From Qubevirus faecium, in the sequence record FJ539134.1: a DNA stretch of 4,273 nt. One strand, 5' to 3'. Both the position numbers and the translations under genes were made by a program. Under the pieces are notes generated by a model. It saw nothing but the letters and a program-made list of their open reading frames with translations. It did no database searches and was not told where the DNA came from. Positions 1-4,273 of this stretch are shown in pieces. How positions within the stretch are numbered: the stretch's first letter is position 1; every line of letters begins with the position of its first letter.

Positions 1-51
1 GGGGTAGGCCCCGTAAGGGGCCTGCCTTCACCGCACTACAGAGGAGAATCT
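1..51 (+). other. 5' UTR with terminal hairpin (stem 3-12 / 17-26, GUAA tetraloop 13-16); genome starts GGGG
   Basis: Direct pairing check: 12c-17g, 11c-18g, 10c-19g, 9c-20g, 8g-21c, 7g-22c, 6a-23t, 5u-24g (wobble), 4g-25c, 3g-26c. A 5'-terminal GGG(G) plus stable hairpin is typical of leviviruses. Confidence 0.7.
41..46 (+). promoter_or_regulatory. Shine-Dalgarno (GAGGAG) for the maturation protein gene
   Basis: GAGGAG lies 5 nt upstream of the ATG at 52-54. Confidence 0.7.
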
Positions 52-1404
52 ATGCCAACCCTTCCGAGAGGTCTTCGCTTCGGATCGAATGGCGAGGTCT
101 TAAATGACTTCGAGGCGCTCTGGTTTCCAGAGCGCCATACCGTCGATCTGAGCAATGGGACCTGCAAGCTCACTGGTTATATCACTAACCTGCCTGGCTA
201 CAGTAATATATTCCCGAATAAGGGAGTCACTGTTGCTCGTACGCCGTACAGAAGTACAGTGCCTGTTAACCATCTTGGTTACCGGCCCGTTACGACTGTT
301 GAGTACATTCCCGACGGCACCTACGTGCGCCTAGATGGGCACGTAAAGTTCGAAGGGGGCTTGGTTAATGGGTCAGTTGATCTCACGAATTACGTGATCT
401 CGTTAGCTGCTCAGGGTGGCTTCGATTACCAATCGGTAATCGGACCTAGGTTCTCTGCGCACTTCTCCGCGTTCAGCACCAAATATGGTGTCTTACTCGG
501 GGAAGGGAGAGAGACTCTTAAGTATCTTCTCCTGCTGCTTCGCAGAATGCGTGAAGGGTACCGCGCCGTAAGGCGTGGCGATCTCAAGCGCCTCAGGAAT
601 GTGATCTCTACGTTCGAGCCGACATCCTCTAAAGGGAGGAAGGCAAGATCTGAGTTCTCACAAACCTATCGCGACAAGCTTACCGGTAACAAGGTTGAAG
701 TTAAACCAAGTGAGGGTAAGTGGAATAGCAGTAGTGCGAGTGACCTGTGGTTAGAGTTCCGTTATGGGCTTATGCCGTTGTTCTACGACATTCAGTCCGT
801 GATGGAAGACTTCATGCGTGTCCATAAGAAGATCGCGAAAATACAGCGATTTTCTGCAGGGCACGGTAAGCTGGAGACGGTTAGTTCGCGGTTTTACCCG
901 GACGTCCACTTCGCTCTTGAGGTCACCGCAGTGTTACAGCGGCGTCATCGTTGGGGTGTCATATACCAGGATACTGGTTCTTATGCCACTTTTAACAATG
1001 GTCGTCTAGTCCCGGTGAAGGACTGGAAGACAGCGGCGTTTGCACTCCTTAATCCTGCCGAAGTTGCATGGGAGGTAACTCCTTACAGCTTCGTTGTGGA
1101 TTGGTTTGTAAATGTTGGGGATATGCTTGAGCAGATGGGCCAGCTTTATAGGCACGTCGATGTCGTTGACGGTTTCGACCGGAAGGACATAAAACTCAAG
1201 TCCGTATCCGTACGCGTCTTGACTGGCGACAGTGCGCACGTAGCTAAGTTTACTCTACGTCAAGCACGTTTGTTGCATAGTTATTATTCGCGCGTGCATA
1301 CCGTTGCGTTTCCGCAAATTTCACCACAACTCGATACTGAGATACGTAGCGTTAAGCACGTGATCGATAGTATCGCATTATTAACCCAGCGCGTTAAGCG
1401 CTGA
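52..1404 (+). CDS. A2: Maturation protein A2 (pilus attachment; in Qbeta-like phages also the lysis protein that inhibits MurA)
   Basis: 450-aa ORF, ATG start with upstream SD, TGA stop at 1402-1404. N-terminus MPTLPRGLRFG and many blocks (LWLEFRYGLMPLFYDI, TPYSFVVDWF, LLTQRVKR at the C-terminus) match my recollection of Qbeta A2. First gene in the genome, as expected. Confidence 0.93.
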   Translation: MPTLPRGLRFGSNGEVLNDFEALWFPERHTVDLSNGTCKLTGYITNLPGYSNIFPNKGVTVARTPYRSTVPVNHLGYRPVTTVEYIPDGTYVRLDGHVKFEGGLVNGSVDLTNYVISLAAQGGFDYQSVIGPRFSAHFSAFSTKYGVLLGEGRETLKYLLLLLRRMREGYRAVRRGDLKRLRNVISTFEPTSSKGRKARSEFSQTYRDKLTGNKVEVKPSEGKWNSSSASDLWLEFRYGLMPLFYDIQSVMEDFMRVHKKIAKIQRFSAGHGKLETVSSRFYPDVHFALEVTAVLQRRHRWGVIYQDTGSYATFNNGRLVPVKDWKTAAFALLNPAEVAWEVTPYSFVVDWFVNVGDMLEQMGQLYRHVDVVDGFDRKDIKLKSVSVRVLTGDSAHVAKFTLRQARLLHSYYSRVHTVAFPQISPQLDTEIRSVKHVIDSIALLTQRVKR

Positions 1405-1423
1405 ACTTTGGGTCAATTTGATC

Positions 1424-1822
1424 ATGGCAAAATTAAATCAGGTAACTCTTTCCAAAATCGGAAAGAATGGGGATCAGACTTTAACTCTTACACCGCGCGG
1501 GGTAAACCCGACGAACGGCGTGGCGTCGCTGTCTGAAGCTGGAGCTGTTCCGGCTTTGGAAAAGCGCGTGACTGTGTCAGTTGCGCAGCCTTCCCGTAAC
1601 CGTAAGAACTTTAAAGTTCAGATTAAACTCCAAAACCCGACTGCATGCACGAAGGACGCATGTGACCCATCTGTGACGCGATCTGCTTTCGCAGACGTAA
1701 CGCTGTCGTTCACGTCGTATTCTACCGACGAAGAACGTGCGCTAATTCGCACTGAGTTGGCAGCTCTGTTGCAGGACAATCTGATCATCGATGCAATCGA
1801 TAATCTGAATCCTGCTTACTGA
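1424..1822 (+). CDS. cp: Major coat protein
   Basis: ATG at 1424 gives MAKLNQVTL...NPAY, 132 codons plus UGA stop. Near-identical in blocks to Qbeta coat as I recall it (PRGVNPTNGVASLS, PALEKRVTVSV, QPSRNRKN, QNPTAC...CDPSVTR, STDEERA, RTELAALL, IDAI, LNPAY), including the two Cys residues. The track's 1418 start is a TTG two codons upstream; ATG 1424 is preferred. Confidence 0.95.
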   Translation: MAKLNQVTLSKIGKNGDQTLTLTPRGVNPTNGVASLSEAGAVPALEKRVTVSVAQPSRNRKNFKVQIKLQNPTACTKDACDPSVTRSAFADVTLSFTSYSTDEERALIRTELAALLQDNLIIDAIDNLNPAY

Positions 1823-2419
1823 GCAGCGTTACTGGTAGCCTCGTCCGGCGGTGGGGATAACCCCTCAATGCCAGACGTTCCGGATCTTCCAGACGTCAAA
1901 CCGCCTGACGGAACGGGGCGCTATACGTGCCCCTTCTCCTGTTACCGCCTCGGTAGTATCTACGAGGAGGGTAAGGACGGTTCTCCTGACATCTACGAAA
2001 GGGGAGACGAAGTCTCGGTTACTTTCGATTATGCTCTCGAGGATTTTCTTGGGAACACAAATTGGCGTAACTGGGATCAGCGATTGTCATCATATGACTT
2101 AGCTAATCGTCGTCGTTGCCGTGGCAACGGGTACATTGACTTAGATGCCACTGTGATGCAGTCAGACGAATTCGTTCTGTCTGGCCGTTATCCAGTGCGC
2201 AAGGTCAAGTTTCCCGGCGCTTTCGGCTCCATCAAGTATCTCTTGAACATTCAAGGCGATGCCTGGTTGGACTTATCCGAGGTGACAGCCTACCGTTCCT
2301 ACGGAATGGTTATTGGTTTCTGGACAGACTCTAAGAGCCCGCAGCTACCAACCGATTTCACGCAGTTTAACAGTGCTAATTGCCCTGTACAGACGGTGAT
2401 AATCATACCCTCACTTTAA
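1424..2419 (+). CDS. A1: A1 read-through protein (coat extended by UGA suppression; minor capsid protein)
   Basis: Coat frame continues past UGA to TAA at 2417-2419, 331 residues in all. The extension begins with a Gly-rich linker (SSGGGDNPS), then a Pro-rich segment and blocks matching Qbeta A1 from memory (GTGRYTCPF, LGNTNWR.WD.RLS, CRGNGYIDLDAT, PGAFG, VIGFW, FT.F....CP.Q.VI). Confidence 0.88.
1820..1822 (+). promoter_or_regulatory. Leaky UGA stop codon of the coat gene (programmed read-through site)
   Basis: UGA at 1820-1822 in context UAC-UGA-GCA. The same frame stays open through 1823-1867 (gca gcg tta ctg gta gcc tcg tcc ggc ggt ggg gat aac ccc tca) into the 1868-2419 ORF. Confidence 0.85.
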
Positions 2420-2428
2420 GCAACTTAA

Positions 2429-2433
2429 AGGAG
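2429..2433 (+). promoter_or_regulatory. Shine-Dalgarno (AGGAG) for the replicase gene
   Basis: AAAGGAGA at 2427-2434; AGGAG ends 5 nt before the ATG at 2439. Confidence 0.75.
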
Positions 2434-2434
2434 A

Positions 2435-2454
2435 TAGCATGTCAAAGACAGCTA
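2435..2454 (+). promoter_or_regulatory. Replicase translational operator hairpin (coat-protein binding site): stem UAGC/GCUA + UGUC/GACA, bulged A, AAA loop; contains the replicase AUG
   Basis: Seen directly: 2435-2438 uagc pairs with 2451-2454 gcua; 2439 a is unpaired (bulge, first base of the AUG); 2440-2443 uguc pairs with 2447-2450 gaca; loop 2444-2446 aaa. Same architecture as the Qbeta operator (8-bp stem, bulged A, 3-nt loop) as I recall it. Confidence 0.8.
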
Positions 2455-4169
2455 GTCGCAGAAGAGAAATTACTCAGCTATTGGGTAAGGTCGACATCAA
2501 CTTCGAAGACGACATCCACATGTCTATTGCCAACGACCTCTTTGAGGCCTACGGCATCCCGAAACTTCAGAATGCTGAGGAGTGCATTAACACCGCATTC
2601 CCAAGCCTTGATCAAGGCGCAGACACATTTCGTGTCGAGTATTTGCGCGCTGAGATCTTATCGAAGTTCGACGGGCACCCTCTAGGTACTGATACCGAAA
2701 AGACAGCATGGGAGAAATTCCTGGCTGCTGAAGAGGGTTGTAGACTTACGAACGAACGACTGTCGCAGGTTAAGTACCACGATAATTCCATTTTGTCGTG
2801 GGGCGAGCGTGTAATTCATACTGCTCGCCGAAAAATACTTAAACTAATTGGCGAGTCTGTGCCGTTCGGGGATGTGGCGTTGCGCTGCCGATTTTCTGGC
2901 GGTGCAACGACCTCGGTAAACCGTTTACACGGTCATCCGTCGTGGAAGCATGCCTGTCCGCAGGATGTTACCAAACGCGCATTCAAGTACCTGCAAGCCT
3001 TTAAACGGGCGTGCGGTGACGTTGTAGATTTACGCGTCAACGAGGTGCGCACTTCAAATAAAGCAGTCACTGTTCCGAAGAATAGTAAGACTGATCGCTG
3101 TATCGCCATCGAACCCGGTTGGAATATGTTTTTCCAGCTCGGTGTAGGTGCGGTGCTACGCGATAGGTTGCGTTTATGGAAGATTGACCTTAATGATCAG
3201 TCGACCAACCAACGCCTCGCGCGGGATGGGTCTCTGCTAAATCATTTAGCTACCATAGACTTATCCGCAGCCAGTGATTCGATCAGCTTAAAGCTAGTTG
3301 AATTGCTGCTCCCTCCTGAATGGTATGACCTTCTGACAGATCTCCGATCTGATGAAGGCGTTTTACCTGATGGACGAGTTGTGACCTATGAGAAAATATC
3401 CTCCATGGGAAATGGCTACACTTTCGAGCTTGAGTCGCTTATTTTCGCGGCGCTCGCAAGAAGTGTGTGTGAGTTACTAGAAATCGACCAATCTACTGTT
3501 AGCGTGTACGGGGATGATATAATCATCGACACTCGTGCCGCAGCTCCATTAATGGATGTCTTTGAATACGTTGGGTTCACGCCTAACAAAAAGAAGACGT
3601 TCTGCGATGGACCCTTCCGCGAATCGTGCGGTAAGCACTGGTTCCAAGGGGTAGATGTAACGCCCTTTTACATACGCCGACCAATTCGTTGCCTTGCTGA
3701 TATGATACTGGTTTTAAACAGTATCTACAGGTGGGGCACTGTTGATGGTGTATGGGATCCTAGAGCACTGACCGTGTACGAAAAGTATCTCAAGTTGCTG
3801 CCAAGAAATTGGCGACGCAACCGGATACCAGACGGCTACGGAGACGGAGCTCTCGTCGGATTGGCTACGACGAACCCGTTCGTTATAGTTAAGAATTATT
3901 CAAGACTATACCCGGTATTAGTTGAAGTCCAGAGGGACGTCAAGCGTAGCGAGGTAGGCAGTTATCTATATGCCTTACTCCGCGATCGCGAGACACGTTA
4001 TAGTCCTTTCCTGCGTGACGCAGATAGGACTGGGTTTGATGAAGCGCCGCTAGCTACTAGCCTTCGTCGCAAGACAGGTCGGTACAAAGTGGCGTGGATT
4101 CAGGACAGTGCCTTCATCCGGCCCCCGTATTTCATTACGGGCATTCCCGAGGTGAAGCTTGCAAGCTAG
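2439..4169 (+). CDS. rep: RNA-dependent RNA polymerase (replicase beta subunit)
   Basis: 576-aa ORF, ATG with SD, TAG stop at 4167-4169. YGDD catalytic motif at 3507-3518 (VSVYGDDIIID). Long blocks match Qbeta replicase from memory (CRFSGGATT, NKAVTVPKNSKTDRCIAIEPGWNMFFQLG, LATIDLSAASDSISL, VTYEKISSMGNGYTFELESLIFA, FRESCGKH, GVDVTPFYIR, IPDGYGDGALVG). Confidence 0.96.
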   Translation: MSKTASRRREITQLLGKVDINFEDDIHMSIANDLFEAYGIPKLQNAEECINTAFPSLDQGADTFRVEYLRAEILSKFDGHPLGTDTEKTAWEKFLAAEEGCRLTNERLSQVKYHDNSILSWGERVIHTARRKILKLIGESVPFGDVALRCRFSGGATTSVNRLHGHPSWKHACPQDVTKRAFKYLQAFKRACGDVVDLRVNEVRTSNKAVTVPKNSKTDRCIAIEPGWNMFFQLGVGAVLRDRLRLWKIDLNDQSTNQRLARDGSLLNHLATIDLSAASDSISLKLVELLLPPEWYDLLTDLRSDEGVLPDGRVVTYEKISSMGNGYTFELESLIFAALARSVCELLEIDQSTVSVYGDDIIIDTRAAAPLMDVFEYVGFTPNKKKTFCDGPFRESCGKHWFQGVDVTPFYIRRPIRCLADMILVLNSIYRWGTVDGVWDPRALTVYEKYLKLLPRNWRRNRIPDGYGDGALVGLATTNPFVIVKNYSRLYPVLVEVQRDVKRSEVGSYLYALLRDRETRYSPFLRDADRTGFDEAPLATSLRRKTGRYKVAWIQDSAFIRPPYFITGIPEVKLAS

Positions 4170-4180
4170 ACACTAGCTTG
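4162..4180 (+). other. 3' UTR hairpin (perfect 8-bp stem, 3-nt loop) whose 5' arm contains the replicase UAG stop
   Basis: caagcuag (4162-4169) pairs perfectly with cuagcuug (4173-4180); loop aca at 4170-4172. Confidence 0.6.
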
Positions 4181-4189
4181 TGATGGGAA

Positions 4190-4208
4190 GGGCGGTCTTT
4201 GACCGCCC
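4190..4208 (+). other. 3' UTR GC-rich hairpin (perfect 8-bp stem, UUU loop)
   Basis: gggcgguc (4190-4197) pairs perfectly with gaccgccc (4201-4208); loop uuu at 4198-4200. Confidence 0.6.
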
Positions 4209-4210
4209 GA

Positions 4211-4228
4211 GAGGAGAAAGAAAGAAAA
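4211..4228 (+). other. 18-nt all-purine A-rich tract in the 3' UTR (gaggagaaagaaagaaaa); candidate host-factor (Hfq) binding region
   Basis: The uninterrupted purine run is seen directly. Hfq preference for A-rich / ARN-repeat RNA and its role as Qbeta host factor are established; binding at this exact site is inferred. Confidence 0.4.
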
Positions 4229-4239
4229 CTCCCCTCAGT

Positions 4240-4273
4240 GAGGGTGGGCTCTGCTTTGCCCACTCTCCTCCCA
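4240..4273 (+). other. 3'-terminal hairpin (stem 4240-4249 / 4258-4267, 8-nt loop UCUGCUUU) followed by the terminal ...CUCCCA
   Basis: Pairs 4249c-4258g, 4248g-4259c, 4247g-4260c, 4246g-4261c, 4245u-4262a, 4244g-4263c, 4243g-4264u (wobble), 4242g-4265c, 4241a-4266u, 4240g-4267c. The terminal CCCA matches the canonical levivirus 3' end, where the last A is added by the replicase. The 3' region closely resembles the Qbeta 3' terminus as I recall it. Confidence 0.7.

Noticed and set aside
1006-1239. 77-aa ORF on the minus strand
   Set aside because: The genome is plus-sense ssRNA and the minus strand is only a replication template, not translated. The ORF lies entirely inside the A2 gene and has no recognisable similarity to any known product.
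1418-1423. TTG at 1418 as the coat start (track ORF begins MIMAKL...)
   Set aside because: The ATG at 1424 gives the MAKL... N-terminus matching known Qbeta-like coat proteins; the upstream TTG extension is an ORF-finder artefact.
1851-2102. 83-aa alternative-frame ORF inside the A1 extension
   Set aside because: Begins at a GTG with no SD, overlaps a well-supported conserved frame, and its sequence is low-complexity (Ser/Thr/Arg-rich), typical of an off-frame artefact.
2380-2685. 101-aa alternative-frame ORF spanning the A1/replicase junction (position analogous to the MS2 lysis gene)
   Set aside because: Starts at TTG; the first in-frame ATG (about 2571) leaves only about 37 aa. The peptide is hydrophilic (Ser/Thr/Arg-rich) with no transmembrane-like segment. 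Alloleviviruses are known to lyse via A2 rather than an L-type protein.
4211-4216. GAGGAG in the 3' UTR as a Shine-Dalgarno for a further downstream gene
   Set aside because: No start codon or open frame follows before the genome ends at 4273; more likely part of a purine-rich host-factor binding tract.
1-4273. CRISPR arrays, tRNA/rRNA genes, transposon ends, DNA promoters/terminators
   Set aside because: No repeat-spacer periodicity, cloverleaf-like segments or inverted terminal repeats were seen. The molecule is an RNA phage genome, so sigma70 promoter or rho-independent terminator calls would not be biologically meaningful.

Overview
The window reads as a complete, plus-sense genome (cDNA form) of a Qbeta-like ssRNA coliphage (allolevivirus / Qubevirus type). 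Both termini look intact: it starts with GGGG in a 5' hairpin and ends with CCCA. The layout is the canonical one, all on the + strand: maturation/lysis protein A2 (52-1404), coat protein (1424-1822), the A1 read-through extension of coat past a leaky UGA (to 2419), and the replicase beta-subunit (2439-4169). The 450-aa A2, ~131-aa mature coat and 576-aa replicase sizes match, from memory, the group IV SP/FI-like phages better than Qbeta itself; I could not run a search to confirm this. I also see RNA-level signals in the sequence: the coat-protein operator hairpin around the replicase start, a 7-nt complementarity consistent with the known long-range 3' pseudoknot, and a purine tract plus stable hairpins in the 3' UTR. 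I do not see evidence for a previously undescribed system; this is a well-characterised genome architecture, and the most useful open questions are lineage-specific details (the A2 insertion, UGA context, embedded small ORFs).
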